Shown: positions 28,365 through 41,636 of the stretch, piece after piece
Position numbering within the stretch: position 1 is the stretch's first letter
How the letters are laid out: each line of letters starts with the position of its first letter
Translations under genes and position numbers: made by a program
The notes under the pieces: generated by a model
Database searches by the model: none
The model's input: the letters and a program-made list of their open reading frames with translations, nothing else
Told to the model about the DNA's origin: nothing
Source: Eledone cirrhosa
Taxonomy: Eukaryota
Reading direction: 5' to 3'
Assembly (NCBI GenBank): GCA_964016885.1
Contig: OZ024740.1
Span: forward strand, 346,580,001-346,644,000
DNA length: 64,000 nucleotides

Positions 28365-30317
28365 TACCTTACTTCTCGTAGAGGAAGGACGGTTTCTCCA
28401 TCCTTGTCACTGCTTGTGGCCTGCTCCGGAAGGATGTCCTTATAAATCCTCCTGGAGAGTGTTTGCCGGAAGGCTCCGGAAGTCTTTGGGGAATTTTTGT
28501 TTCAGTGTCGTGTACGTTTTCTGTGTGATGCGCGTGATTTGTATGTGTGGGGGTGGTGTGAACTTTTGGGTTGTTGTGTAGTCTTTTTCTTTGATGCTGG
28601 TGTTGTGTTGGATGTAGTGTAATAATTGGTTGTTTTTCAAATTTAATGCTGTGAAGTGTGTATCGTTTTGGTTGTTTTGTTTTGTTTGCGTTTGTGGTGG
28701 GATTGTTTCTGTTGCGCTTTTTGGTGACTTTTGTGGTGTTGGTGATGGTGGTGTTGGGGTTAATGATGGTGATGGGGTTGGTGTTTGTGGTGATGGGGTT
28801 GGTGATGCTGGTGTGGATGGTGGCATATCTGTCTTAACTTTCTTGTTCGATAATTTATTTGTTTTCCTCTGTATTTTGTTCTTTGAAGGGGAAGGAAGAG
28901 AATTTTTTTTTTTGGTTTCTTTTTTTTCTTCTTTTTTCCTGATACCGTTTCCCACTCCTCGTCGTCACAATCTGTCTCCAGTTGCGATAAGCCGCGGAGT
29001 GGAAAATCCTCCACAGGGGTTGGTTTTGGTTGTGGCGTGGTGGATGGTGTAGGCGCTGGCGCTAGTTCTGGGGCGTTGGGTGGTGGTGGTGTTGGTTTTG
29101 CTACTGTTGCTGGGGTTGTTGCTGTTACAGTTGCTTCTGTTGTTGCTGCTACAGTTGTTGCTGCTATTTCTGCTGCTGGTGGTGTTGATGGTTAAGTCAC
29201 TGGAGTGGGTAAGAGAGGTGGCCTCAACCTTTCAGCATGAGAGCAGAAAGCCCTTAGGTGGGATCCTTCAGCACAAACGACACACCTAGGTCTTCTGCTC
29301 TCGACGATTACGGTGAGGTGGCTGCCGTCAGTGAGGTCTATTACCACTGGGATCTCCTCAATGCTTTTATGGTCCGCTTGGATCAGGAGCTCCATCCCAG
29401 ATCCGGACAAGTTCTCCTGCTTTTCTTTTGCTATTTCTATTATTTTGGTGTTGGCCTCGATGCCGGCGAGGAAGGCGGCCATTAGCCAGGATTGTCGATG
29501 GCCGGTGGAACGTGGGTCACCCTGATCTTCACAGGTCTCTGGCCACAATAGCTTGGGATGAGTGTGAAGTCGTCACTTCTTAATGGGGGCATGGAGTGTT
29601 CTCTGGCCTCCTGTGCTGTTTCAAAGAACACGTCCACGGTTCCATACTTCTGCTCACGTCTGATATGGATTTTTTTTGCCCACACATGACCCAAAGATTT
29701 TTGGATTTGGGACTCAGATGCCCGTTCCACTCGGCGCGATTTTATGTTTATTGTCCGATAAGACACGGTGCATAGGAGACGTTGCTTCATTTTATTAGGT
29801 GGGGGTTTGAGGCTGAACCTGTACCCATCTTTCTTTATCATTCCTTTGGCTTCGTCTAATTCTTCCTGAGTTACCTGGATCGCTTCGCACGTTTTTGCTA
29901 CACTGGCAAAACTCAGGGTAGTTTTCTTAATTTCATTGTTGCTGTTGTTATTATCGTTATTTTTCCTATTGTTAATTTTAGTTTCAGTTGTGGTGGTGGT
30001 GGTGGCGTCAGTGGTGTTCGGTGTGGAAGAGTTCATTTTGGTTGAATTCATTTCGATACCATGAGTTAATTTATTTTTTCTTTTGTTTCTGTTGTCGCTG
30101 TGGTGGTGGTGGTGTGGGGGGGGGGGGTTGTCGCGGTGGTGGCGGCTTTAACACCTGCAGTAATTGGTAATGACGGGAAATGAACGTCTGCCTGAGTCAA
30201 ACTTAAAATATTGCTACTGCTTACAATTCCAGTGTTGGCAAACGTAGCAATATTTACAATGGTGGTGTCGGTGTGAGGTGTTGGATTGTGAGGAAGGAGT
30301 GAATCTGAGTCATCCAT
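28365..30317 (-). pseudogene. Tx1-A1 ORF1 (gag-like, CCHC), frameshifted
   Basis: ORF pieces 30066-30317, 29482-30051, 29192-29548 and 28440-28955. Confidence 0.8.
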
Positions 30318-30535
30318 TATTTTTCAAAGAAAAACATTTTTGATTGATAATTATAAAAATTTTAATTTTGGGCTCAAGGCCCCAATATTTTTGAGTATCC
30401 TTTTCAGAAATCAATGTATGTGCACTCATATACTGTTAACAATAAAAAAAATTTCCATAAATGCGAATTTTAAATAACTGAAAATAACAAACCTTTGCGG
30501 AGCTCACGATGATACGATTTACTACGTAGGTCGCC

Positions 30536-30592
<57 letters not shown>

Positions 30593-30594
<2 letters not shown>

Positions 30595-33500
30595 TTTCTT
30601 TATTGGCCACAAGGGCTGACATCAAGAAAAACATCACAGACGGAACAGGACGGTACGATGTGGGTTTTGTGCGTGTAAATATTTTTATTATTTATATAAG
30701 AAAAGAAAAAAGACATAAAACATATATATATATAAACAATAAAATGAAAATTGAAACAATGAAAAATTCCCCAATATGGGGAAACCTCCGATGGTTACTC
30801 GTGGCGAAAACCACACAAAAGACCACGGGCATCCTGACTACCAGGGCAAGTGCCCTCTCTCAATTTTTCCATCTCTCAAACTATAGACGTATATTCAGAG
30901 TGGTCCCGTTCACTCGGACCATTCTCGCTATATTCACCCACCTTTCAACAACCTTGCTAGAAGGCAGCACTTGCCTCTCCACCCTGATTTTCCTCTGCAA
31001 GTGAAAAATGAAAAAGTTAATCAGGAATTTGCCGAAAAGGAAAGTGTTTGTCTTTAATCCTTTTAACCTTGTCCACTACACAATCTGTTTCGCCATGGCC
31101 ACCAGGCAGATGAAAACCGCCTGCCCTTCCTCCCCAAAGGAAGACTGCGAGACCATCTGCACAATGGACTCAGTCGACAACCGGATCAGTCCCACACGTG
31201 ACAGCAACTGTTCGACATAGCTCCACTAGTAAGCAATGCTCGGGCACCGAACGAGTGCGTGCACAACGGTTTCGTCGCTATGCGCGCATCTCGGACAGGC
31301 TCGGCTGACGGCACTTCCGTGCCTGTAGAGCTTATCTCGAACCGGCAGCGCCCCCCGGTAAGACTGCCAGGCCAGGGATTTTTGGAAGTTATCCATACGC
31401 CCTGGGCTGAAAGTTCTCCGGAAGAGAGCAAGCAGCTGATCTTCTTCGACGCCCAGGATCTCTCCGAGAACGTCGTCGCTCTTCCCCTCCACTAGTCCTC
31501 TATAGAACACCGAGGTGGATGTTCCACCGATATTGGTGCCAAACTGGGAGAGGGCAGTGAGCGCCTGGAGACATTCCAGTTTCCAAGCGCTATCCCTCGG
31601 TCTTTTTCTGAACCATGGCCGCAGTTCCGTCTAGGAGACGAGCTGTGGGAATATATGCCTGGCGAACAGCGACCACACCCGTTCACCATCAAGGAAGCAC
31701 GAGAGATGTCGAAGCCTCAGCGCATCTTTGCGCATCATTAGCCATGGCATGCCCATTCCTCCACGCAACGGGTGTTGACAGAAGATGGATCGTCTGACCA
31801 TGGGAGCGCGCCCCTTCCACAAAAAGCGGAAGAGGAGGCGCTCCATTTTGGTGAGAGTTGGGCTGGAGCAAGGGACGACGGTGAGGCGGTAGCAGATGAC
31901 GGATGCGATGTACGCATTCGCCACTTCCGCCCGGCCTTTCAGGGACAGCTTCCTCTCAGCCCATTTCTGGGTGAGGGAGGCCACCCTGCTCGTCACCTCG
32001 TTCCAGTTTTTCTCCATCTGGAGGTCCGGTCCGAACCAGACCCCGAGCAATTTAACCGGTCCGTCCGTCCAACGCCCCACGACATTGTCGGACGGCATGG
32101 ACTTGCCTCTTCAGGTGCCTAGCTGCAAGCCCACCGAGTTTTCCTGGTTCATCTTTGCTCCTGTCACCGCTTCGTATTCCTTGAGAGCGGTGCCGAGCAT
32201 CTGGACGTGTTTAGTGCTCGACACCACCACGGTTACGTCGTCAGCGTAAGCCGACTCGGATTTCCCGCATCCTAGTTCGCGTGGGACGCCCCTCATTGCC
32301 GCCAGTGTGTGCAGTAACGGCTCGAGAGCCAATACGTACAAGAGGGACGAGAGGGGTCAACCCTGGCGGACTGAGCGCATGATGCTGAACGGCTGCGACA
32401 GGTGACCGTTCACCCTCACAACTGAGCAGATGTCGCTGTACATTGCTACGATCCAACGCCTGAAAACAGGCCCGAAACCGGCTGCCTCGAGGATTGTCGC
32501 CAGGTACCGATGGTCAACCCTATCGAATGCTTTGGATTGATCCAAGTTGCTCAGGGCGCCACCCTTGCCAGGTTCCTTAACCACCCTTTCTATCATGTAT
32601 CGCATGAGGTGGAGGTTGTCGCGTATGAATCTGTCCGGGATGGCGCTTATCTGCGCCTCTCCCACCAGACCCTTGTTGACAAGCCCCAACATCGTTGCTA
32701 ACACCTTGGCCACAATCTTGAACTCTGCGTCTAGCAGAGTTATGGGCCTGAAAGTATCAATAACATCCCCCTTGTTCGGGTCTTTTCTCAGCAGCGCCAC
32801 TGCTCCCCGGCTCACAAAAATGGGTATGCTCCCGTTCTGCTGCCAGTTGCAGTAGACATCTGCCAAGAGGTCACCGAACAAGTCTGGCATAAATGCATAA
32901 AGCTCGTAATACAGACCATCTAAACCTGACGATTTACCTCTTGTGCAGTTAGCCATCGCTTCCCGTATTTCACCGGCTGTTATTGGCTTTTCGCAACACT
33001 GCGCTGCGGTCGTCGACAGCCGAGGCAGTCCGTAGAGTTATAACTGAAGTCCATGCCCCGATCCGGGCCGCCGCCGCTCCCGAACAGTTCAGCAATGTGT
33101 TGCTGAAAAGCTTCACACATCCGCTCGATTTCGAGCATCACGCACTCATTTTGGGCAGGCAAAGACCGAATTGTGGCTTTATTGTCACGTCGCGCCTATG
33201 CCACCCGGGCCCATTGGACGGCTTTTGTCCCCTTGTGTTTCAGAGCACGCTCTCTTGCTCTGAAAACGCAGCCTTCATGTTTTGCGTTTAAGAATTGGTC
33301 GCCGCAAGCACGTCGGTTGCAATGCTTGTCCTAAATGCCTCTTCTAGCTTTCTGACTAGCTCTCCCTCTACTCTATTTTCCTCCATCACTACTCCTTTGC
33401 TAAACCTAATCGACTCTACTTTAATTGCCCTTTTCAGGGCGAAACACCACCTGTTGTTGACGACCGCTCCCATCAACGCCCGCTTAACTAATACGTTAAT

Positions 33501-36448
33501 CCGGTCTCTGTAGGACATGCCCTCCGGGAAAGACGCGTTCAGCTTCCAGTAACCAGGCCCTTGTCTATGAAGTCTGTCTATGTCGATCTCACAGATCACA
33601 AATTTGTGGTCTGTGTAGTCGACTATTTTAAATTGTGGACAACTTATACTAGCCTTATCTAGTTCCCTGCAGAATACTCTATCTAGATACGATGTGGATG
33701 ACCCGATAAGGTTTGTCCATGTCCACATTGGCACATTCGGGTGATCCAGTCGATACCTGTCAGACAGTTCAAAACGGCTGAGCAGGTTGGTGTGGCTCAT
33801 GCACCCTCCTCCCCTATCCACTAGCGCCACACGATCCCATTGTGCATCCAAGATACCGTTCCAGTCGCCCACTAACAATAAAGAGCGGGACGTTCCAAGA
33901 AAGGTCTCTAGACGTCTGAAGAAATCTGGCCGTCCTGCCCCTGTTGGGGCGTAGACGGCTACTAGCCTGAAAGCATTGCCTTCTCTGTCGGTCACGTCCA
34001 GCACCACCGACTTACCTTCTGGCCCGTATCGCGAGATCCAAGCCTCTCCGAAAAAGGACGGCAACCCCTCCCCCCGATCCAGGACGGCTGGGAGATGCGT
34101 ATACATCGTAGCCGCCGAAGATCGGTGCGAAGGCCCGTGCCTCGGAGATTCTTTTTTCACTGATGGCCACCACATCTATGTTTAGTGACCTGAGGTCATT
34201 GAGCAGGTGACCCAGCATCCAAGATGACCCCAGGCCACGTGCATTTATACTGCCTATTCTTAGTACAGCCATGTTGGATGAGAAACGGGGTAAATGAGAA
34301 AGGGTCACTTACCTTGTTCGTGTGGTGAAGGGACAGTAGAACCGTCCCTTTCGCTGGTCATGGGTGTTTCCAAGAGGATGTCAGTGTATATCCTTTTGGT
34401 AACCGTCCCTCTGAAGTCTCCAACTGCGTTGGGGAATTTTTGTTTTAAAGGTTTGTATTGTTCTATTGAGATTTTGATGATGCTAATGTTTGTCGGGAGA
34501 GTTCTTGGTGTTGGTGGGGTGTAGTAGTTTTTTTCCGTGATGTCTGTATGCTGCTGTATATATTTTATGAGTTCTTTTTTGCTATGTTTATGGCCATGTA
34601 CTTTTTTGTGGGAGGGGTGATTTTGTTGCCGTTTTCTTCTTGTTGCTGTTTGGTGTGTGTGTCTTGTTGTGTTTGCGTTGTTGGTGTTTGTGGTGGTGTT
34701 GCTGCAAGTTTCCTTGCTGCCTTTACCCCTCTTTGTATGCCTTCGCTTTTGGAGGGTGATTCTAAGGGTTTTTCCTTTTTTCTTTTTTGTGGCAGACTGT
34801 TTGCCACGTCACTCCCGCCTCAAACCCCATGTCGGATTCTGTGGCGTCTGGGAGGGGTATGTGCTCCACGGCTGTTGGTGGTGGTAGTGGAGCCATCTTC
34901 GGCAATGTTGTTGCTGGTGTAGCTATTTCAAATGTAGCTATTGGTGTTGCCGCTACTGATGATGCTGCTTTAGTTATCCGTGGCTTTGGTACGGGTGCTA
35001 CGGACGTTGCCCTAATACTCACCGTGGAAGGGGCTTCTTCGTTTGTTGCCTGTTCTGCTCTTGGTAGCAGCGGACCAGGTATTAGAAGGAGAGGGGCCCT
35101 CTTCGGTGTCTTCTGCGGGCAAAAGGCCCTGAGGGGACCTTTCGACCCACAGAGATAACATTTTGGCCGTCTTCCTTCTACACTTACAGGGAGTTGGAGT
35201 CCTTCCTCAAAGTCTATGATATCGGGGATAGCCTCGATACATTCCTGGTCAGTTTGTATAAGCATTTGCATGCCTATACCTGAACAGTTCTCACTCCCTA
35301 TTTTTTCTACTTGCAGCATGGTTGCCCTGTTCTCAATTCCAGCAAGGACAGACGCGGCCAGCCAAGGTATGGGCACGTCGGATGGGACCTGGGTCACTGT
35401 GACCCTCACAATTTTCTGCCCGCAATAGGAGGGCACCAAGACTAACTCCTCACTCTTTAGGGTTTCCAAAGAGTGAGACCTTGCTTCCTGGGGGGTGGCG
35501 AAATGTACGTCTACTGCGGCGTAATTTCTACCTCGGATGATGTGGGTTTTGCGTGCCCAGACGCACCCCAAGGCCTTTGGGATTTGAGCCTCCGTGGCTC
35601 TCTCCACTCGATGTGAGATTTTGCTTACGGTGCGGTAAGTCACCGTCCGTAGCTGCTGGTCCTTGAAAAATCGGGTGGAGGTTTTAGGGAAACTCTATTT
35701 GCGCTTCTTGTCACCATGGCCCTTGCGACTGCCATCTCCACCTCTGTGACTAACACTGTCTCGATATATCGGGCCACACCTGCAAAAGAAGTGGTTCTTT
35801 TTTCAGCAGCACCACTATTGCTGCCGCTACTGGTCTTACTGGTGGTGCTGAGGTCGCTATTACAGGTATCGGTGTCATTGTTGTTCTTTTCGCTGGTACA
35901 GTTGTTGGTGTTGTTTTCGTTGATACTCTTGCTGCTGTTACTGTTATTGTGGTTGTTGTTATTATTGTTGTTTTTGTTGATACTGTTCCTACTATTATTG
36001 TTGTTGTGGCTGTTGTTATTGTCATTGTTATTGTCGTTCTCGACCTTACCGCTGTTATTTTTGTTATTGTCGTTCTCCACTTTACCGCTGTTAATTGTGG
36101 TGTTGTTGTTGGTGATGTTGTTGGTGTTATTGTTGGTGTTGTTTGTGTTAGAAATATTTGGTAATTTTAAATCTGTAACAATCTTTTTTTCCTTTGTAAT
36201 ATTTTCGTTTATATTTACCTCCGCTGGAACGCTGTCTTGTTGACATGCTGATAAAGTCTCCCTCTCTCTGTGTTTTCTGACCCGTAAAGGGGTGCCGTAT
36301 TATTTACTAGTGAACCCCTGTATTAGGTCTATCACTTCTTCTAAACTTTTATCAAATTTAAAACTTGAATAAAAGGTTTAGAACGGTTGAAAAAGAGGTA
36401 AAACGTTGAAAAAGACTGGAGGAGATAAGAAGCGTGGCTTCACAAACC
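30593..36448 (-). mobile_element. Full-length Tx1/L1-clade element, family B copy 1 (decayed)
   Basis: ORF1 has an Asn-rich N-terminus and CYLCGSKGPLRAFC. ORF2 survives as APE/RT fragments. The 5' UTR differs from family A, and (AAT)n flanks both sides. Confidence 0.95.
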
Positions 36449-36805
36449 AATAATATTAATAATAATAATATTATTAATAATAATAATAATAATAATAATG
36501 TTTTCTTTATTAACCACAAGGGTTCACATAAAGTAGACATTAAGGACAGTACAGGACAATACAGGACGGTACAAATGGGCATTTCTGCGTGTAAAAAAAC
36601 AGAGGTTGAAATAAAATAACAAAGAAAAATTCCCCAATAGGGGGGAGACTTCCAAGGGACATTTGTGGAGAAAGCCCATTAAAAGACCACAGTGGCCCTG
36701 ACCACCAGGGCAAGTGCCCTCTCCCAGTTTTCCACCTTTAATTTACAGACACATACTCAGAGAAGGCCCATTCATTCGGGCCATACTTGCTTCTCTCACC
36801 CATCT

Positions 36806-39172
36806 TTAAACAAAATGCTGGGAAGAGAGCACTTCCCTCTCTACCCTGATTTTCCTTTTCAAATGAAATTTGAAAAAGTTAATCAGGGCATCACCGAAGA
36901 GGTAAGTGCTCGTCTTCAGCCCTTTCAAACGTGTCCACCATACTATCTCTTTCGCCATGGCCACCAGACAGATAAAAACTGCCTGCCCTTCCAGGCTAAA
37001 GGAAGGAGGCGGGGCAATCCTCACGATGGACTCAGCTGATAGCTGGATAGGTCCTACACGTGACAGCAGGTGTTCGACATAAACCCACAAGTCAGCAATG
37101 CTCGGACACTGGACGAGCGCGTGCAGGACGGTTTCGTCGCCCTGCGCGCATCTCGGACATGCCCGGCTGACGGCACCTCCATGCCTGTAGTGTTTATCCC
37201 GAACTGGCAAAGCTCCTTGGTAGCACTGCCAGGCCAGGGATTTCTGGAAGTTGTCCATAGGCCCCGGCCCGAAAGTCCTTCCGAAGAGATTGGCTAGTTG
37301 ATTTTCGTCGACGCCTAGAGTTTCTCCAAGTACGTCGTCGCTCTTCCCCTCCACTAATCCCCTATAGAACGCCAAGGTGGAGTTTCCACCGATCACATTG
37401 CCCGATTGGTCGAGGGCTGTGAGCACCTGAAGACATTCCAGTCTCCAAGCGCTCCCTCTCGGTCTTCGCTTGACCCAGGACTGCAGCTCCGTCAAGGAGA
37501 CGAGCTGGGGGAAAACGTGTCTTGCAAACGGCGACCACACCTGATCACCGTCGAGGAAGAGGTGGAGATGTCGTAGCCTGAGCGCGTGTCTGCGCATCAT
37601 CAGCCACGGCATGCCCAGCCCTCCACGTAGCGGGTGTTGACAGCAGATGGACCGCCTGACCATCGGAGCCCGTCCCTTCCACAAGAAGCGAAAGAGCAAA
37701 CGCTCCAACGCAGTCAGGCGGGGCTTAGGACAAGGTACGACGGTCAGGCGGTAGTAGATGACGGATGCGATGTACGCATTCGCCACCTCTGCTCGACCTT
37801 TCAGGGATAGCTTCCTCTCGGCCCATTTCTGGGTGAGAGAAGCCACCCTGCTCGTCACCTCGTCCCAGTTTTTGTCCGTCTGGAGGTCTGGACCGAACCA
37901 GACCCCTAGCAATTTAACCGGTCCGTCCGTCCAGCGCCCGACGACGCTGTTGGACGGCATGGACCTGCCTCTCCAGGTGCCGAGCTGCAGGCCCACTGAC
38001 TTTTCCTGGTTGATCATTGCTCCTGTCACCGCTTCGTATTCTCTTAGTGTAGTGCCCATCGCCTCGATGTGTTTGGCGTTCGACACCACTACGGTGACAT
38101 CGTCGGCATATGCTGACACGGATCTTCCGCATCCTAGTTCGCGCGGGACCCCCCTCAACGTCTCCAGTTTGTGCAGTAATGGCTCGAGAGTCAATACGTA
38201 CAATAGGGACGAGAGGGTACATCCTTGGCGGACCGAGCGCATGATGTTGAACGGTTCAGAAAGGTGACCGTTCACTCTCACTACAGAGCAGATGTCGCTG
38301 TGCATGGCAGCGATCCAGCCTCTGAAGACGGGCCCAAAGCCAGCCGCCCTCAGGACTGCCGCTAGGTAACGATGGTCGACCCTATCGAAGGCTTTCGACT
38401 GATCTAAATTGATCAAAGACCCACCCGTGCCAGGTTCCCTTGCTACCCTCTCTACGATGTATCGCATGAAGTGGAGGTTGTCGTGGATGGATCTGTCGGG
38501 AATGGCGCATGTCTGTGCCTCTCCCACCAGACCACCAACGACAAGCGCCAACCTCCTTGCTAGCACCTTGGCCAAAATCTTGAACTCTGTGTTTAGCAGA
38601 GTTATGGGCCTAAACTTATCTATGTTATCCCCCTTGTTCGGATCCTTTCTCAGCAGCGCCACCGCTCCTCGGCTCACAGAGCTGGGAATTCTCCCGTTCT
38701 GTTGCCAGTTGCAGTAGACGTCCGCCAAGAGGCCTCCGAACAAGTTTGGTATTTGTACGTAAAGTTCATAGGGCAGACCATCCAAACCAAGCGATTTACC
38801 CCTTGTGCAACTAGTCATTGCATCCCGTACTTCAGCGGTTGTTATCGGCTTTTCGCAACACTCCGCCTCAGTGGCCGAAAGCCGCGGCAGTCCGTCGAGG
38901 TAGACACTAAAGTCCATCCCTCGATCCGGCCCGCCACTGCCCCCGAACAGTTGAGCGAAGTGTCGCTGAAAAGCTTCACACATTTGCCCGGGATCGAGTA
39001 GCATGCGCCCGTCGTGGTCCACCAAAGACCGGATCGTGGCTTTGTTGCCACGACGCGCCTCCGCCACTCGGGCCCATTGAACGGCTTTCGTCCCCTCGTG
39101 TCTGAGAGCACGCACCCTAGCTCTGACAACGCAGCCTTCGTGCTTTGCATTGAAGAATTGGTCAAGGGCCAA
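36806..39172 (-). CDS. Tx1-A2 ORF2, RT plus C-terminal zinc-finger portion (APE part split off by frameshifts; true start ~40153)
   Basis: 788 aa with RPITLLN, DQSKAFDRVDH, RQGC.LS, YADD and CPRC..ETVLHALVQC. Confidence 0.9.
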   Translation of the reverse strand: MALDQFFNAKHEGCVVRARVRALRHEGTKAVQWARVAEARRGNKATIRSLVDHDGRMLLDPGQMCEAFQRHFAQLFGGSGGPDRGMDFSVYLDGLPRLSATEAECCEKPITTAEVRDAMTSCTRGKSLGLDGLPYELYVQIPNLFGGLLADVYCNWQQNGRIPSSVSRGAVALLRKDPNKGDNIDKFRPITLLNTEFKILAKVLARRLALVVGGLVGEAQTCAIPDRSIHDNLHFMRYIVERVAREPGTGGSLINLDQSKAFDRVDHRYLAAVLRAAGFGPVFRGWIAAMHSDICSVVRVNGHLSEPFNIMRSVRQGCTLSSLLYVLTLEPLLHKLETLRGVPRELGCGRSVSAYADDVTVVVSNAKHIEAMGTTLREYEAVTGAMINQEKSVGLQLGTWRGRSMPSNSVVGRWTDGPVKLLGVWFGPDLQTDKNWDEVTSRVASLTQKWAERKLSLKGRAEVANAYIASVIYYRLTVVPCPKPRLTALERLLFRFLWKGRAPMVRRSICCQHPLRGGLGMPWLMMRRHALRLRHLHLFLDGDQVWSPFARHVFPQLVSLTELQSWVKRRPRGSAWRLECLQVLTALDQSGNVIGGNSTLAFYRGLVEGKSDDVLGETLGVDENQLANLFGRTFGPGPMDNFQKSLAWQCYQGALPVRDKHYRHGGAVSRACPRCAQGDETVLHALVQCPSIADLWVYVEHLLSRVGPIQLSAESIVRIAPPPSFSLEGQAVFICLVAMAKEIVWWTRLKGLKTSTYLFGDALINFFKFHLKRKIRVEREVLSSQHFV

Positions 39173-40673
39173 TTTCGCCGCAAGTACGTCGGTCGCGATG
39201 CCTTTGCTAAGCGCCTCATCTAATTTTTTAACTAATTATCCCTCTGCTCTATTTGTCTCTATTGCTAAAGTCTTACTAAACCTAATGGACTCTATTCTAA
39301 TTGCTCTTTTCAGAGCAAACCACCACTTGTTGTTGACGATGACCCCCGTCAACGCCCGCTTAACTAGTTCGCTAATCCGGTCTCTCTCTGTAGGCCTTGC
39401 GCGCTGGTAAGGACGCGTTTAGCTTCCAGTTGCCGGGTCCTCGTCTATGAAGCCTATCTAAGTCAAGCACAAAGATCACGAATTTGTGGTCCGTGTAGCT
39501 GACTATCTTGAATTGTGGACAGCCTATGCTAGACCTATCTATTTCCCTACAAAATACTCTATCTAGATATGATCTGGATGACCCGATGCGATTTGTCCAA
39601 GTCCACATTGGTACATTCGGGAAATCCATTCGGTACCTGTCAGACAGTTCAAAACGTCTGAGCAGGTTGGTGAGACTCTTGCACCCTCCTTCCCTATCCA
39701 CTAATTCCACACAATCCCAGCGTGCATCTAAGATCCTGTTCCAGTCGCCCACTAACACTAAAGAGCGGGACGTTCCAAGAAAGGGCTCCAGACGCCGGAA
39801 GAAATCAGGCCGCCCTGCTCCTGTCGGGGCATAGACGGCCACTAACCTGAAAGCTTGCCCGTCTCCGCTGGTCACGTCCAGCACCACCAACTTACCTTCT
39901 GGGTCCAGGAAGATGGCCCGTATGGCAAGATCCAAACCTCTCCGAAAAAGCACAGCAACTCCTCCCCCGATCCCGGACGGCTGGGAGATGCGTACACATC
40001 GTAGCCGCCGAAGATCGGTGCGAAAGCCTGTGCTTCGGAGATTCTGGTCTCGCTGGTGGCCACTACATCTATGTTTAGTGACCTGAGGTGGCCCTGCTTC
40101 CATGACGACCCCAAGCCACGCACATTTATGCTGCCTATTCTGAGTGAGGTCATGTTGAAAAGGAGTAGAAAAGATGGGAAAGACCACTTACCTTACTTGT
40201 CGTAGGGGAAGGACGGTTTTTCCATCCTTTTCACTGCTTGTGGCCTCCTCAGGAAGGATGTCCTTATAAATCCTCCTGGAGAGTGCTTGTCGGAAGTCTC
40301 CGATGTCTTTGGGGAATTTTTGTTTTAGTGTCATGTACGTTTTCTGTGTGATGCGAGTGATTTGTATGTGTGGAGGTGGTGTGAAATTTTGGAGTTGTTG
40401 TGTAGTCTTTTTCTGTGATGCTGGTGTTGTGTTGGATGTAGTGTAATAATTGCTTGTTGTTCAAATTTAATGCTGTGTAGTGTGTATCGTTTTGGTTGTT
40501 TTGTTTTGTTTGCGTTTGTTGTGGGTTTGTTTCTGTTTCGCATATTGGTGACTTTTGTGGTGTAGGTGATGGTGGTGTTGGGGTTAATGATGGTGATGGT
40601 GTTAGTGTTTGGGTTGATGGGGTTGGTGATGCTGGTGTGGATGGTGGCATATCTGTCCTAACTTTTTTGTTTC

Positions 40674-41636
40674 TTAGTTTATTTGTTTCCCTCTGTATTT
40701 TGTTTTTGGAGGGGGAAGGAAGAGAATTTTTTCTTTTTTGGTTTCTTTTTTTTTTCCGGATATCGTTTCCCACTCCTCGTCGTCACAATCTGTCTCCAGT
40801 TGTGATAGGCCGGGGAGTGGAAAATCCTCCACAGGCGTTAGTTTTGGTTGTGGCGTGGTGGATGGTGTAGGCGCTGGTGCTAGTTCTGAAGCGATGGGTG
40901 GTGGTGGTGTTGGTTTTGCTGGTGGTGGTGGTGGTGTTGGTTTTGCTACTGTTGCTGGGGTTGTTGCTGTTATAGTTGCTTCTGTTGTTGCTGCTACAGT
41001 TGTTGCTGCCATCTCAGCTACTGGTGGTGTTGATGGTTGTGTCACTGGGGTGGGTAGGAGAGGTGGCCTCAACCTTTTAGCCTGAGGGCAGAAAGCTCTT
41101 AGGTGGGTTCCTTCACCACAAACGACACACCTAGGTCTTCTGCCCTCGACAATTACCGTGAGGTGGCTGCCGTCAGTGAGGTCTATTACCTCTGGGATCT
41201 CCTCAATGCTTTTTTGGTCCGCTTGGATCAGGAGCTCCATCCCAGATCCGGACCAGTTCTCCTGCTTTTCTTTTGCTATTGCTATTATTTTTGTGTTGGC
41301 TTCGATGCCGGCGAGGACGGCCGCTATTAGCCAGGGAATTTCGATGGCCGTTAGAACGTGGGTCACCCTGATCTTTACGAGTCTCTGGCCACAATAGCTT
41401 GGGACGAGTGTGAAGTCGTCACTTCTTAATGGGGCCATGGAGTGTTCTCTAGCCTCCTCTGGTGTTTCAAAGAACACGTCCACGGTTCCATACTTTTGCC
41501 CACGTCTGATGTGGGTTTTTCTTGCCCACACATGTCCCAAAGCTTTTTGGATTTGGGACTCGGATGCCCGTTCCACTCGGCGCGATTTTACATTTATTGT
41601 TCGATACGACACGGAGCATAGGCTCCGATGCTCCAT
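40674..41636 (-). CDS. Tx1-A2 ORF1 core (CCHC zinc knuckle, Pro/Thr-rich), frameshifted at both ends
   Basis: 320 aa with a CX2CX4HX4C motif. Confidence 0.8.
   Translation of the reverse strand: MEHRSLCSVSYRTINVKSRRVERASESQIQKALGHVWARKTHIRRGQKYGTVDVFFETPEEAREHSMAPLRSDDFTLVPSYCGQRLVKIRVTHVLTAIEIPWLIAAVLAGIEANTKIIAIAKEKQENWSGSGMELLIQADQKSIEEIPEVIDLTDGSHLTVIVEGRRPRCVVCGEGTHLRAFCPQAKRLRPPLLPTPVTQPSTPPVAEMAATTVAATTEATITATTPATVAKPTPPPPPAKPTPPPPIASELAPAPTPSTTPQPKLTPVEDFPLPGLSQLETDCDDEEWETISGKKKETKKEKILFLPPPKTKYRGKQIN

Larger units (their letters stand above)
24655..30535 (-). mobile_element. Full-length Tx1/L1-clade non-LTR retrotransposon, family A copy 1 (decayed)
   Basis: 5' end GGCGACCTACGTAG. 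ORF1 has a zinc knuckle (CVVCAEGSHLRAFC). ORF2 has APE (AISETR, VYAPT), RT (FRPITLLN, DQSKAFDRVDH, YADD) and a C-terminal CPRC..H...C. The 3' AATAAA runs into (ATT)n. Confidence 0.95.

Noticed and set aside
37758-39001. Plus-strand ORFs conserved between Tx1 copies (MTDAMYAF.., MIKDPP..)
   Set aside because: They are antisense shadows of the RT ORF, and their conservation follows from the copies' homology
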